From contig CM052816.1 in NCBI GenBank assembly GCA_028534125.1, positions 96,660,001 through 96,724,000 on the forward strand: a stretch of DNA of 64,000 bases, given 5' to 3'. Shown piece after piece: positions 36,400 to 50,699 of the stretch (within the stretch, counting starts at the first letter, position 1; each line of letters begins with the position of its first letter). The DNA is from Lama glama. Lineage: Eukaryota. The notes under the pieces are model-generated. The model was not told the origin of the DNA. It was given only the letters and a program-made list of their open reading frames with translations, and made no database searches. The position numbers and the translations under genes are program-made.

Positions 36400-38949
36400 G
36401 TTTTGGTAAACATCATGAAACAATTATTTAACACTGTTTTGGGGGAAAATATCTCTAGGTACTTCTGTTTTTCTTATGCTGGTCTAGATCAGCCCCTTAG
36501 TTTCTCAAAACCAGTTTCTTATTCAAAGAGCTAGGAATCAAGGTCTAACCAGTGAAACGAATGATTCTTTTCTTGAATGCTGAAGAGAGCATTTGACAAA
36601 AATCACATGATGTTGTTGTGCAATATATTCTTTCAATTAAACCTTATTTTTTAAATTAGATCTTTAAATTTTATTGCTATGTGTAAAATACTTCCAGATC
36701 TTTAAATTCAAGTTAATATTTTCAAAGTTATTTTCTTAATCTTTCACTTTTAAATGTTTTCTATACTTCTAAGTGCTATTCTTTATGATCCTACAGGTTA
36801 ACTTATTAAAAACAACAACAGAACATTCACTTATAATTCAAAAAATAAAATCAAGAAACTTAGGTAAATCTAAATAAAATGATTTTATGAACTATTCATA
36901 AATGCATGTTGTGAAGAAACTTGCAAATATAACCAGACAGCAAATAATACTGAATTATCTTCCATTCTTTTTGTGTTTGTCCATCTTCTCAATGCCAGAT
37001 GTTTCTGTAAATTTCCTATTTTTTATGAGTAATCTCAGAGAGCTTATTGTACATGACCATTTTGGAAACAAGATTGTAAAACAAAATTCTTAAGTTATGT
37101 GTAATTCCTTTTCTGTATATGAATTTTTATAGGAAACTGTATTTCATAGGTAGATATGCTACCCAAGTGCACATGATAAAAGCCTCTTCTCCACACACGC
37201 CCCAGGCCCACACAAGCACATGAAATCATCATGTGGGCAGACAGTCTCATGCCTGTTTTCAGTCTTGCTTAGTCAGCACATCTATTCACACGTAACCATA
37301 AGAATTATGTGCAAAGTCCCCTCAGAGCCCTCTTTTACTCACACCCACTGTAAATTAGGTGATGCCTGCTTTATGATTTCTTTGATTAACTCAGAAGTGA
37401 CACAAATTAGATTTGTGGCAAATTGCACTTTAGCAAAAACAGACTTTAAATATTTAAATAAAGGAGGGAAAACAATTTGCATCCTCTTATCCATCCTGGT
37501 GATATTTACACCCCCCTCAGCCTCTACCCCCACCAGACTGTATCTGTAAATGGAGGCATATGGAGACATTTACTATATGAAGGCCATGGTGCAGTCGTGG
37601 TTTAAATATTATTCTTCTTCCTTGATGTCTCTGAAAAAGGCTAAGATGCTCCTGGCTTAGTTTCAGGAAGCTCTGCTTTCTAAGAAATGGAACTTCGCCA
37701 CTCAACAGCCGGTCACACAGTTGGAAGCCATGCGTTGTCCTGCAAGGCCATGCTGTGGGCAGCACAGGTATTCCCAAGTATCAGTTGGCTCCTTGAACAA
37801 AGTGGTCTGTGCATACTCCAAAACACTCTCCTCTTGTTTGCTTAGTAGGTTAAAATGTATTTGAGCATTTCCATTTAAAACATACTTAGTTACAACATCA
37901 TAAAAATAATTTCTGGATACGGGCAAGATTGGGGGGGGGTTGGTTAGCGCCATCAGAAGAAGCTTTCCTGTGTAAGGAGGATGGTGAGGGCAAAGCTACC
38001 TGAGAAATCTGAGTGAGAGGTGTTTTGTGTCACGCAAAACAAGCACGCAGCAGACACAGGAGAGAATTCATTACACCAAGGCCGTGGAGGGCGCTATTTA
38101 AAATGCCTTGTCTGGAGCCAGGTCACATGCTCTTCAGCCATATTCTTGTTCAATAAGCCCTTGAGTTGTTGCCCCTTCCTGCCCCCTGCCTTTCCTGTGG
38201 CATCCCAGACCCCTTACGGCAGTGAGATTCACTTCCGTCTGGGCATTTGTCTGTCTGCAGTCAGCTCTGCCACTCTTTTCAGCTGATTCCTGTGAAAAAC
38301 AGTTCACCGTATCACAAGCAGTTAAGCAACTTTCCATCTCAGAGCTTGCCGTTAGGTGACTTAAGCCATGAGAAAGAAAACCAAATTGGTTCTTTGAGTG
38401 TCGTTGGCATAATGAATGTCCTCTTTGTTTATCATGCTTTGTGGAGTATTTTAGATGCAGGGGCTCTGGGTCAGATGGCCTGGGTTCAGACAGTGATGAA
38501 GTTGGTTGTGCATTTCAGTCTTTATGTGAGTGTCTGTGAGCGTCTTACTCTAACATCACAGGCTCTTTTGCAGTCCAGTGTGTTTTCATTGTTTTATTAA
38601 TTATATGTCAATTGGCACAATTCAGTTCAACCTATCAGAGCATATGGCCAATTCAACTGCCCCAGCAGACACCTAATTATCCCTGAAAATGTGTTCTGAC
38701 AGATATAGTTGTTGTCTGCACTTTCCATTCGTTCTGAATACCAATGGCTTTTGTTATAATTACCCTAATTGCACTGTAAAATTCAGTCACTTGCTTATTA
38801 AATGGAACACTCTTAGAAAAAGAGACAACAAGAATCAAAGCTAGTTGTTAAAATTTTTTAAAAAAATCGAAGAGGCAACTCTATTTATAAGGTATACATA
38901 GGTTCAGTGCATATACCAACCAACAGAATGTTATGTAAATAACATTTGA

Positions 38950-39805
38950 GAAAGGAAATTAAAACAAAAAGAAAGAAAGAGCAGCTCCTAACATCTGGAA
39001 ATTGGCCTGGCATTCACAGCTGGACCGTGTTATCCTCCTGTTGGATATAAACAAGTTCATAGAAAACTGAGTTACTCTGATGCTACATATGATACAGTGA
39101 GACAAAACAAGGCCACTTTATAATTTTGTCTAAACATGGGCAAAAAAGAAGGTCGCAGCTATGAACTGTGTCCCCACCAAATTCATATGTTGAAATCCTA
39201 ACTCTCAGTGTGATGGTACCAGGAGGTGGGTCTTTTGGAGGTTTTTGGTTCTTGGGAGTAGAGCCCTCATGAATGGGATTGGCGTCCCCAGAGTGCTCTG
39301 TCAGTCTCTTTCCACTCTGTGAGGACACAATGAGAAATTGGTATTCTACAGCCCAGAAGAAGGCTCTCACCAGATCTTGACCATCCTGGTACCTTGATCT
39401 TGGACTTCCCAGCCTCCAGAACTGTGAGAAATAAATTTCTGTTGCTTTAAGCCACCCAGTCTGTGGCATTCTGCTCTAGCATCCCAAAGTGACTGAGAAA
39501 GTCAATATGCCACCCACAGAACACCAGACACACCCTTTTTGTTTGCCAAGTGAGTGACTGTTACTTCTTTATCTAATCATAGAATAACCCCAGCTTCCTG
39601 ATAGCATCCGATCTACAGCAAGTCCCTTGATCCTACCCTGAATCACCTAACCAAAATCTACATACTGTGTATCTGTGTAGCTTCATTTTAACGCTTTCTT
39701 ACAGAGATACCCACTATTCTCCATGGCACATGCTCATCTTTGCTGCAGCAAGTACTAAACCCAAATTATTCAATTGCAGGTCAGTTCCTGGAGATCTTCA
39801 GCTTA
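38950..39805 (+). mobile_element. ERV1 solo LTR (MER89/MER90/MER110 group) split by a nested MLT1A
   Basis: TGGCCTGGCATTCACAGCTGG..CTCCTGTTGGATATAAACAA..GACAAAACAAGGCCACT before the insert, and GAGTGACTGTTACTTCTTTA..TTGCTGCAGCAAG..AAACCCAA after it. Confidence 0.6.
39154..39498 (+). mobile_element. ERVL-MaLR solo LTR, MLT1A-like
   Basis: TGTGTCCCCACCAAATTCATATGTTGAAATCCTAAC..GAGCCCTCATGAATGGGATT..CTTGATCTTGGACTTCCCAGCCTCCAGAACTGTGAGAAATAAATTTCTGTTG. Confidence 0.88.
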
Positions 39806-39924
39806 GTTCAAATGTTAAAAATAGAATTTAATTGGAAGTCTATATAATTCTCAAATTTCTTGAGTTTCCTCATTGAAGGTAAAACTGTGCAATTTTGTCA
39901 GCAATTTCTTCTCATTTTGGGGAA

Positions 39925-40830
39925 AACGCCTCTGGCTGCTTTCAAGATTTTTTCTTTGTCTTTAGTTTCCAGAAGTTTTATTATGCTGTGTTTTGGTGTA
40001 GGTTTATTTGGCTTTTCCTATTTGGATTTTCTCAACTTCTTGAATCTGTGATTGTATATCTTTTCCGTATTTTGGAAATTTTCAGTCATTTTTTCAAATA
40101 CTCTATTAGTCTCATCCTCTTTCCCCTCTCTTTTGGGTTCTGAAAATAAATATTTTGGGTCTTTTGTTGTCCCACAGGTCCCTGAGTCTCTGCTCCATTT
40201 TCTATTAGGTCTATTTTCTCTTTGTTATTCAGATTGGGTGAACTCTATTGATTTGTCCTCAAGTTCATCTTCTGTGATTTCCAGTCTGCTACGGACCCCA
40301 TCCAGTGAGTTTTTTAAATTTGCATTTTTCAGCTCTATAATTTCACTTGGTTCTTTTTTATGACTTCTATTTTATTGATGAGATTTTCTGTATTTTCATT
40401 TGTTTTCAGAGGAAGTGTGATAGATTGTGGAAGTTGTTGTGATGGCTACTTTGAAATCCTTGTCAGATAAATCCAACATGTGATTTATCATAGGGCTGTG
40501 GTCAACTGATTGATTGATTTTTTTTTCCATTCAAGTTGTGATTTTCTTGGTTCTGATATGACAGGTGAATTTTGACTATATCCTAGACATTTTGCTTACT
40601 CTGTTAGGAGACTCCGATATTATTTAGGTGGCTTATTTTAGTAGGCATCCAGTCTGCGCAAGTTTAGCATGCAGGTCCTAAACTGCTTCTGAGGGCTGCG
40701 GTTCCAATGGTAGTTTACTTTTTATTGTATTAAGGGTGTTGCTTTATTTTATCTGTTTGGTTTATGTGATACCACTTGAGCCCTTGTAGTCCCTGCTAAT
40801 GCTGCCCAATGGAGCAAAAAGGATTTGCTC
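39925..40830 (-). mobile_element. Old L1M 5'/ORF1-region fragment
   Basis: CTCTGGCTGCTTTCAAGATTTTTTCTTTGTCTTTAG..CCATCCAGTGAGTTTTT..TTTCAGCTCTATAATTTC..TTTGAAATCCTTGTCAGATAAATCCAACAT. Confidence 0.75.
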
Positions 40831-40849
40831 AGAAAACTAAAAGTTTTAT

Positions 40850-41570
40850 AATTTTACAAACATGAAGAGAGATTTCACCTAAGAGAATATGCCAATGGCA
40901 AATAAACACATGAAAAAATGTCCAACATTTTTAGGCATTAAGGAAATGCAAATTAAAATCACAATAAGAAAATACTACATATGTATTAGAATGGCTAAAA
41001 TGACAGGTCGTAACAACACCACACGTTTACAAGGATGCAAGAAAACTGGATATATGTACATTGTTGATGAGAATCAAAAATGATGTAGCCATTCTGGAAA
41101 ACCATTTAGCAGATTTATGTAAAATTAATCCTGTAACTGTCATACATCCCAGCAATTCCATGCTTTATCATTTATCCCACGAATACTACTCTGCAATAAA
41201 AACATGAACTGCTAGTATTCAGCAACGTGGATCTGCAGGGAATTATTTTGAGTGAATAGAGCCAATCCCAAGAAGTTATATACCACACAATTCCTTTCAT
41301 ATAGCATTCTTGAAATGACAAATGTATGGAAATGGAGAACAGATTGGTGTTGCCAGGGACTAGGGCAGGGAGAGGAGGGGAGACAGACATGGCAGCAGGA
41401 GGCTGAGAGGAGGGATCCTTGTAGGACAGGGTTCCCTATCTGGACAGCGTCAGCATCAGTATTCTGCACTGCACGCTAGTTTTGCAGGGTATTGCCACCG
41501 ACTCTCTCTGTAATATCCCTTATAACTACATGTTCTGCATTGAACTCAAGATGAAAAGCTTAATTAAAAT
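40850..41570 (+). mobile_element. Old L1 (L1MD-like) ORF2 end and 3' UTR
   Basis: Decayed ORF2 C-terminus (ANKHMKKCPTFLGIKEMQIKIT) and 3' UTR GAAATGGAGAACAGATTGGTGTTGCCAGGG. Confidence 0.8.
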
Positions 41571-44500
41571 ATCAAGGCCACATCTTCACCTCAGTTACTG
41601 ATAAGGGACAGATTGATGGGAAAATCCATGTAAATAAAATGTGTGCCTAGACTTTTCTTTAGGTTTACCAGTTCAAGCTAATTATGCTAGCGTATGTATG
41701 CTCACTTACACTCATGATACCACCTTGACTGCTTTATAGTGATGAATAAGTTTTAATATAAGCATCCTTCTATTGGAAATGTATAAAGTGCTTGTCTTGG
41801 CAATAATCAGCATTAATAAGTGATTAGATTTTCTTTTCCTTATTCTTGCCTTTTTCACATGACCTCTGTTTATCAGCATCTGGAAATGTATGCAGAATGT
41901 ATATACTAGAATTTCCAAATTCATTAGAGAAATAGAAAAGGAATTCAGGTACAGGAAAAAAAGAGTGGTTAGGGAAGATTCTTTACCACTTCTCACTATA
42001 TAAGTACAGCCATCTCAATTAAACAACCATGAACTCTTCCCCATATAGGTATCAGTTACAAGTTAGGAATTATTGTGGATAGCTTTAAAACCATGCTCAA
42101 ATATGAGGCTGCAGTAATACAATAATAATGTAAACCCTGAGCTTCACTATAAAAATATCAGAAACAAATTTTTAAAAATATATTCAGACCCAGTCGTAGT
42201 ATGTCTGCACGTGGTATATTCTGTAAAGTTTCAGTTACCACAAATCCTAACTGATGTTACCGAACCAGACGTGGGTCCACTCTCCTGTCTCTGATCCTCA
42301 GCTTTCTAGTAAATTTACTATTGTGTAAGTAAGCTTATTACTTCCTAAAACTTGGAATAACAAAATAAAGCAATAAGACAGAGATTTTTACAGGCCGTGT
42401 GAATGATGCTACAACAATATTATAAGCTCTCCCGATGAAACTAGCATAATTCTCTCTTCATGGCCTTATATAGGCCCATTGCTCCACTAGGGATAGTAAT
42501 AAATCTATATGATGTTCTCGACTGCTGCATTTTCAATTTGGGTACCTGATTTATCCGACAGATATAATAATACACATTTAGAAACACAGTTCCCAAGCGA
42601 CTTAAAATATGCTGAGGAGTTTTTATGCATATGCTATTCAAATTAAAGTCAGCAATAACTTCCACTCTGTATATTTTTTTCACTTCTTATCATTTCCTTT
42701 TATGATGGATTTGAGAGACTCCCCAAATATGATGAGTTCAAAGCTAAAATGAGAGTGACACTAAGGACGGGGCTTTGGGGAAAATGGAGAAGCAAGCATG
42801 TTTTCACACTTCAGTTATGCATTATGGTTTATTTAGCTTCTGAATCAGCCTCCACCGGGGGTGGCCAGGGTCAGCTGTGGGTGTCAGTGGGACTGGTTCC
42901 AGTAATGGCCTGTCTCCTTCAGCAGTGCAGCACTGTGACCCAGAGCCTAGGCAGGAGCCTGACAGAAAGAAGCCTGCAGGATGCTCAGACGTTCATTCAG
43001 ATGTGCGAGACGGTGCAGCCAGTGACCACGGTGCATCCTTCCTGGAGGTTAACAGCCACTTTTTCCATGTGACTGTGGGTGTGGAACAGGGCCAGACTGT
43101 GCTCACAGTATCATCTGTTTGGCCACAGGTTGGAGCTCTTCCCTCTCTAAGGAGTTTTCTACCAACTTCTGATTTGAGGTTTAAAATTCCAAACATGTGA
43201 TTTCAATGCCAAGATTTGGGTCTGCCTTTTTTCTTGACAAGCAGTGAAATACACAGTGCTCCATTATCTTCATCTTCTGTGCTACTTGTAGGAAATCTTA
43301 ATTTTTCTTTTTTTTTTTATGCTTTGTTTATTTTAATTGCAAAGACAACACTTACTACCTTTGCTAGTGCTTCTTAACTTTTCATAATATAAGCCATTTT
43401 TCATGATTGTTTGAATGTAATTTTAATGTAATTTTGTGTAATTTAAGGCAATAGAGCATTTGTCAGATGACATTTTTAAGTGAAATAGAATCCTGTGTTT
43501 GTCATGATGATTTCTTGTTGGCTCAAAGATAATATAGCAAAATATTTTTGTTGTAGAATGGTACATCAAAGCATTCTTGGAACTATTCCCTTGGTATTTA
43601 TTCCCTTAGGAAAAAGTAATATTTTGTTATAAATATAGGGGGAAATACTCATTAAGTATGACAACTAGACCTATTCAATTTCCAAATAACTTATTGCAGT
43701 AGTACATTAAGTAATGCAGGAATGTCCCATCTCTGCTAATTACACATACAGCTCAAGGTACTGGAGGGCAGCTGCAGGGGGCTCCTTGTAGTTCTGTGTC
43801 CTCACCCACCTTTCCCCTTCCTGCGGTCCTCCATGCTCGATACCCTTGGCCTGGAATTTTACCCACTCCCTCCCCATCCCCATTAATTCTTTGCCCAGCA
43901 AACAACCTATTCATTCTTCAGGTTCAGTATAATTGGCACTTTCTCAAACAAAATATCCTTTATTTTATCCTAATAATCATTTATATTCCTTGATAAAACT
44001 TCTCATTTTGTAATTATGCCTTTATCAGTTTATTTTATTCATTGAGTCACTAAAATTTATTGAATTTTTACTATTTTGTGGTTCATCTGAGCACTGATAA
44101 GTAAGATGGTGAATAGACAGGCAGCAGCCTACTCTCGTGGCACTTACATTCGATGGGGACAGCAGATAATGAACCAACCAATAACTCTTTCCATGACAGT
44201 GGCCATTTGAAGATGATGTTTGTTTCTATTATGTTTCTAATGACATGATTTTGGAAGCTTCTAATGATGTGTAATGAAACTGGATTTGTAGTTTAATTCT
44301 AGAAGAGTCAATTTGTTCAATCAAAACCTGCCTACAAAGGTGTATGTATTGTATATACATATATATTTTTTAAGGTGTATATATATATGTAAAGATTTTT
44401 ATTCCATTTAATATGTTTGAACAGAATCTAAATCTGGTTCTGTTGCCCAAATTACAGACTTCTAAATGAAATTATCAACAACATTGTTTGCTTTTTAAAC

Positions 44501-47500
44501 AGTGCAGCCATCTGGAAGCTTGAATGCTGTGACTGTTCTGAAGGCTCTCATAACTGGACCAGCCTCCTTCCTGAACTCCTCAGTGAGGGCATTACTCAGG
44601 CCTCAGGAGCAGCAAGGATCCCAGGCTGTCTTATCCTGTCTGGGGCTGCAATGGGGTCTTCCACAGGCTTGTTTTTTGTTTGTTTATTTTTTTTTCAATT
44701 AACAGCTATTTACAAATCAAAATTATGTGGCATACATAATCAAGATGTTGCTAATTCAAATCAGAGTTAGAATTTGCAGTGAAAGTGCCCATACATACAT
44801 GGAACCCTTCTGCAGGTTCTATTTCTCATTAGTAAAATTGTTTATTAAACTCAGGGAGAAGAGGTGTTTACAGAGAGTGAAGGTACCTTCTAGCAGAGCA
44901 AAACTGTGGATGCACAGAGTTTTAGAGTCCATCTCCAAACCATTTGTAGTGACTCAGGGCAGGCATATAAAAAGTTCTGGAAGCTGGATTCCCAAACAGC
45001 TTTTTATGATTGTTTAGACTAGCTTGACAATTCTAACTTTATCACCTCTACAAATTAAAAGTTTTGTGTCTTAACTAACTTCTCGATCTTTTCATTTTAA
45101 TGATTACAGCATTTTTAATATATTTTGAAAAGAGTACCCTAAAAGAATCAGTTTGATATCTTGGGTTAGAACTTTAGAAAAGGTATCCAAGTTTGGAGAC
45201 AAGTTATTTTCTCACAGTTTGATTTACTTGAGCAAACACAAATTGGAGAAAACTTGCAGATGACCATTTAAAAAGTTGGTCTATTTTATTTGTCTGTATT
45301 ACCGAGGAATCAAAGTGATTGTGATGAATTTTATGGTGCATCTCACAGCTCATGCAGCATTTCCTTGCTGCTCACCATCAAGCTGAGTCAAACAGCCTTT
45401 CCCAAACACATTCTGGGCCCATTTTCTTGCAGCGCCCACATCTCTGTGCTGTTAGAAATCCAGCCAGGATTAAGCACATTACCTGGGCCCTGTCTGTGTA
45501 AATATTATTTTGACTTCTTTGAAGTTCTTCCCAGAGCAGTAGGCAAAATAGTAAATGGTGACTCTTGTAGAGAGTTGATGACTGGTGTTCTATAAATGAC
45601 CGAGTCTTATATCCAACTAGCTGCTCAGTTCCTCTTAGCAAACAAAAAAGTCAAGTTGTGTTGACCATTTGAATGTTATGGGGATTGTCTCCTTACTTGA
45701 CTTACAGAACACCATCTATTCTGATTCTTCCCTCCCTCTGTGACTGTTCTTTTGCTGGTTCCACTTCATCTGCCTGCCTGTCCCCACTATAAATGGCTAT
45801 TTCTTGAGCTCTGTGTGTGGCCATGGTTAAACAGGTTTTCATGAGTCATGAGCAGTATGTTGGGTCAATGAAGAAGGATGAAGTCTGGAATCCAGGAAAG
45901 TCACCTTGCCTTTGTTGGTCGACCAGACAGCAGTGAGTGATTAGGATTCCAAGTTGCCTTTTGTCCCCAGTCACCATTTGTTGCCATCTTGTGTCCATGT
46001 TAATATCTATTAGGATGAAAGTATAACTATGTGATTGTGTTGGGATTAATGGTTTCAAGAACAGAAGCCGTCTTTTACTATGTTTTTAACTCCATTACAC
46101 CCAATTGAAAAGGATATGAATTATGGTAGACTTTGCCTTATAGTAATAAACAATCCAGCGATATTTTACTTTGACACATGAAGTTCTACATCTTAAAATG
46201 TAACATAATAAAGCTCCTCAGATCTACCATTCCGTACTTTGGCTACTGAGACACTTCACTCTAATAGTATTTACTTTGCATTAGAGGTTAGCCTAAGATG
46301 CAGTTGCCTTGAACTCCAGACAGAGAGACTTTAATTAGTAAAGTAAAAAAGGTCACAGTTATGCAGTGACCCTGAATACATACCTCTCTGCCTTGCTGCA
46401 GCATACATTATACATTCAATAAATAATTAAAATAAAATTATGTTGCACTTGGGAGCTCTGGCTAACCTTTAAACTTAAAGGTTTTGTTGACTATCAGGAA
46501 ATGGGCTCCATTGTGTTAATTTAAAATAATATGATGCAAAGGGCTAATTACACCATATGGAAAACAAAACAAAACAAGACCATGAAGTGGGGAGTTGAGT
46601 GGCATCAATTCACAGCTTAAATGAAATGCCTTTGTGGGTTGCATGTTGATCAGTAGCCACAAAGCCTCGCTTCTTAAAAGTTCTTGGAAATAAGAACATA
46701 ATCTTTCCTTATCATTTAATCACTCTCTTTTCTATTTAGAACTTTGGTGCTAAGAGTAAATAGGCTTTTTAAGACTTCTCAGATGCTGCAGAATTGGGGA
46801 AATCTATGGAAAGAACATGAATTTTGGCTGGTTTATTACTAAATTTGGCATGTTGAAAGTGTCAAACGAAGTTGGATATGTTGATAAAAATATATTCACA
46901 TTAATTCCTATATGGATATAAAATTATAGACAGCCACCTCTGCTTTCTAGATGCATGCAGATAGCTGACAACTTGACACAGAAAATAACTTGTAAGTTAT
47001 ATAACTTATAACTTAAAAATTATATGCAGAAAAATAGTCAGGAATTATCTTAAATATGAAATTAAAAATATTTGACAGCTGAGATAATAAAAGGATAATA
47101 TACTTACACTGACCTTCATAGTTTTTAAGGTGCAAATTCATCTGAGTTTAGCAATATCCTTTCAGTTCCACAGAACTGAATTTTACTAGCACAAACATCA
47201 AGATACGTGTAACATACAGTATAGACAAGTGAGCAGTGGAGCTGAATTCAGGCCTGCTTATCCTCACTCCTGATGAATTTAGACTAAACAGTACTGGGCC
47301 CTGGTGTGATTAATATTATTAGTTATATAATTAATAAATATTAATTACATAATTTACTGTTTTATTAAGCTCTTTACTTCTCATACCTTAGTCTTCTTGA
47401 TATAAGTTAAAACCAATAAAAGTACTAGTGAAAATAATAACAATGATAATTATAAAAATAAAATGGAGCGCTATTTCCCTAAATTAAGACATGAGATATT

Positions 47501-48173
47501 AAGTGATAAAAGTTTTAATGCCATAGCGCATTTTTACTCTATGCTTTTACTTACACTGAATAATTTTTTTTAAATATCACTTGGAATCTAGAATCTAGAA
47601 AGGATTACTTCTTTTTTTAAGATCTGCTTTCCTGGTAACTTTCAAATGAGCATGCAGTATTATTAACTATAGTTTAAGGCTAATTTTTTAAAGTAAGTCA
47701 ATAACAGAAAAAGTCATAGTTAGAACAATACTCTGTGATCAAGACAGTTATGAGCATAGTAAATAGCCCTCAAGAATCATATAAAATACTTGGTGATCTA
47801 TTTTTCATTAAGTGGAACTTAAGTTTTATTTTTCCACTAGGTAGAATTTTTTTTTATTTCTAAGCACTCTAACTTAAAATGATAGTGCACTGAATTGAGA
47901 TAGGAGAAGAAAAGTCTGTCAAAAAAGTACAGCTAATGTCCAAATGGAAATAAGAATTATTTCCTTTTAACTGTTTGGCTACATTTTCCTAAATCAGTCT
48001 TCCCTCTGTTTTCTAATCTAAGTCATTTAAAAAACTGAAAGTAAGTTTCTATTTAAATAATATCAAATACCAGTTTTATTCAGTATGCTTAAGAAAAGCT
48101 TATATACAGATTTTTTTAAAGTAGCTATAACTGAAAAGTCTAAATAATTGTGTCTACAAATGCTAAAAGGCAT

Positions 48174-48713
48174 TGTGCAGAGACAGTTAACACAGCAGAC
48201 CTGAGACTACAATCCTTAGAAGGACCTGCTTGTCAAGTTTGCGCTTTGTGGGCTTCTGGGAGCTTGAATGGTAAACAGTGGCCTACACTCATATAGGACT
48301 TTTCCTAAATGATGATGTGCCTAGACCGTTTATGCAAACAATGTAGTTTATGCTGATCTGCTTTCCTTCTGGGAGACTAAAATTTTTGATGCGTGGTAGT
48401 GGAGGGTGCCTATGAGTCCCCCCAAAACGTGGTCACTGAGTCTCTAAAGAGCTGCCTTGTTAGAGGACACGTTACATATTATGACAGCTCATTGCTGGAG
48501 GAATTAACCTTGTCTTGTGAGACTCCATTGGGAGAGGCCTTGGAATTTTGTGCCTGGTTTCCCCCAGATCTCGTCCCAATGTGTCCTTTCCCCTTGTCCT
48601 TTGTAGCTGGCATTGTAATAAATCTTAGTTACGAGTATAACTGTATGCTAAGTCATGTGAGTTCTTTTAACAAATCATTGAACCTATGGATGATTTTGGA
48701 GACCCTGGACACA
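48174..48713 (+). mobile_element. ERVL solo LTR, MER68-like
   Basis: TGTGCAGAGACAGTTAACACAGCAGACCTGAGACT..GTAATAAATCTTAG..GAGACCCTGGACACA. TSD GGCAT/GGCAC (4 of 5 match). Confidence 0.85.
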
Positions 48714-49074
48714 GGCACAAGAATGGAAAGTGATTATGTTTCTTCTTAAAGTAAAAATTCTAACTTACACATATCTGATCAATAATTTTTAAAATTCCCA
48801 CATGTTATTATTTTTTAAAATATTGCTCACATATATCATTTATCACATCAAGGAAAGTATCAATATATCACTGGGACAGTCTTGGTCACTAAAGGAAACA
48901 TCACTGAGACCATCAGTTACTAAGGAAGAAATTCATTTGTCAAGGTGGGCAGTATAGTTTGTGTTTTATATAATATTTTTTTTAAACTGTGATTGCAGCT
49001 TGTATTTAAAAACAATGCTAGAATGCAGAATTAGTTGATAAGCATGACAAAAAGGGCATTTAAATGGCAGTTAA

Positions 49075-49285
49075 CGTTTTGAGTGATTTGTAATGTTAAC
49101 TGTGCTAACAGCTATATATGCATTATCTCATGTAATCTTCTAAGCAGCTTCAAAGTTACAAGCGAGGATATTGAGATTAGGAGGGGTTACGTGACTTGCA
49201 AATACTAGTTACCTAGTCAGTGGCAAAGGCAAGTCTCCACACCAGGCCATTGAACTGTGCAGCTCCTGAGCCCAACCACTGTAAT
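49075..49285 (-). mobile_element. MIR SINE
   Basis: GCATTATCTCATGTAATCTTC..TTACAAGCGAGGATATTGAGATTAGGAGGGGTTACGTGACTTGC, in reverse orientation. Confidence 0.6.
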
Positions 49286-50072
49286 TAATTGTCCCACATT
49301 ATAAGCTGCTCATGGCAGCCAGTGGAGATACTGTTCATGCGGACAGGCTTGTGTTTATGTCTATCATCAGTAGATAGAAGGGCTGCTTCTCTACCTCGAG
49401 TCTCATGATGCCTGTCTGCTATTCGGGAAAGTTAATGGAGTGAGGTTACTTGACCTTTAGTTTGGAAGCATGGAGCATGGTGGAAATGTGTAGAGACTCT
49501 TGCTACCTTAAATTTCACTACCTCCAACTCAGGAGTATGTAAAATGCCAAATGTCTGTCACCTCTTCTTTTCATCATTCCCAACCTCAGAAATGGCTGAT
49601 GAGGGGTAATTGGTGGGAAGAAGAATGAATTGCTCCTTAATTTTACCTCCACATCAATTCCTGAGTTATGTGAAACCATTTTCTCTTACTGTTCTTACAA
49701 AGTATTCATGACTTCTAAGAAAGAAAATTAACTTCTCTTTTATTAAACTGCTCTTAAATTTCATTTTCTCCAAGTATCTTCTGTTTGATTTTGGAAAAAA
49801 GTCATCTCCAACATTGTTTAGATGATTTAGAGGACACCATCAAGGTGCTTCTGAGGATGTAAAAATTACTCAAGAGCAGCATAAAAACCCATAAAAATGG
49901 GATGTATAATTTTGCCTGATCATTGTATGTGTTCTCTTTAGGTAATATTTCTCTTCACATTTGATTTCTTTTCAGATGCTTGAGTACTTTTTTCCCTCAG
50001 CTTTAATGATGAATAATTTACAAATATAATTGTTTACATTTAAAATGTACAATGTGATGATTTGAGATATTT

Positions 50073-50475
50073 TGGAAAGGGAGCAGAATTTACCACCTCA
50101 AAATATGCCTTTCTGGCATAATGATTATTTTAGGCTGATTAATTTTAAGAAACAATAGACATAGAAGCTCTGAAAAATGAGTATGTTACCCTTTTGTAAG
50201 TGATATTTTCATTTCTGAGTAGAAGTTACCCAACCCCCTCATCCCCACCCAGTATCTTTTTTTAATCTTTAGTTAGAAATGTTACTTAAGGTGGTGACTT
50301 GGGCCATTTCAGGAAATTATTCAGTTTTCCTCAGTATCTCCCATGTATTCAGGAGCTGTACATGTTGTGAAACTTCTGTTTGTTTTTCTCCTGTTAATCT
50401 ATCTTTTATTATAGTAGGTGTCTCAGGCAAGAACGTAGTAAGGGAGAAGAAAAATTATTCTTCTTCCCCCATACT
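50073..50475 (+). mobile_element. ERV1 solo LTR, MER34-like (internally deleted)
   Basis: GCAGAATTTACCACCTCAAAATATGCCTTTCTGGCATAATGATTATTTTAGGCTGATT..GAAGCTCTGAAAA..GTTACCCTTTTGTAAG..TTTTCTCCTGTTAATCT. Confidence 0.8.
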
Positions 50476-50699
50476 TTTAATGACTAATCTATTGGCTCTG
50501 AGTTTTGGGGACTCTGACAAACATTTTCTGAAAAGGAAAATAAGATTAAAGCAGGTCTAGAAATGAAATGTGGAAATCTGAGTCTCAACATTTTGCTAGT
50601 TTACCATGTCAGTTTCTCATCAATGTTTTCTTCTCTGGAAATCATTCAGCCTCTCCCAGATTGTTTCTGTAGCCCACACCTTGGGGTCCTCAAGATTAT

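Noticed and set aside
39083..39469. 128-aa minus-strand ORF, and similar ORFs at 27147, 40889, 48393 and 61076
   Set aside because: They fall inside MLT1, MER68-like or L1 repeats and are repeat-derived chance ORFs.
39925..41570. Opposite-orientation L1 pieces as a twin-priming inversion
   Set aside because: The minus piece is ORF1/5' region and the plus piece is the ORF2 end. They are not adjacent on the L1 consensus and no shared TSD is visible.
42749..43200. GC-richer block with two overlapping 107-aa ORFs as a coding exon
   Set aside because: No recognisable protein similarity, only a weak donor (GAG|GTTAAC), and no consistent frame with other candidate exons.
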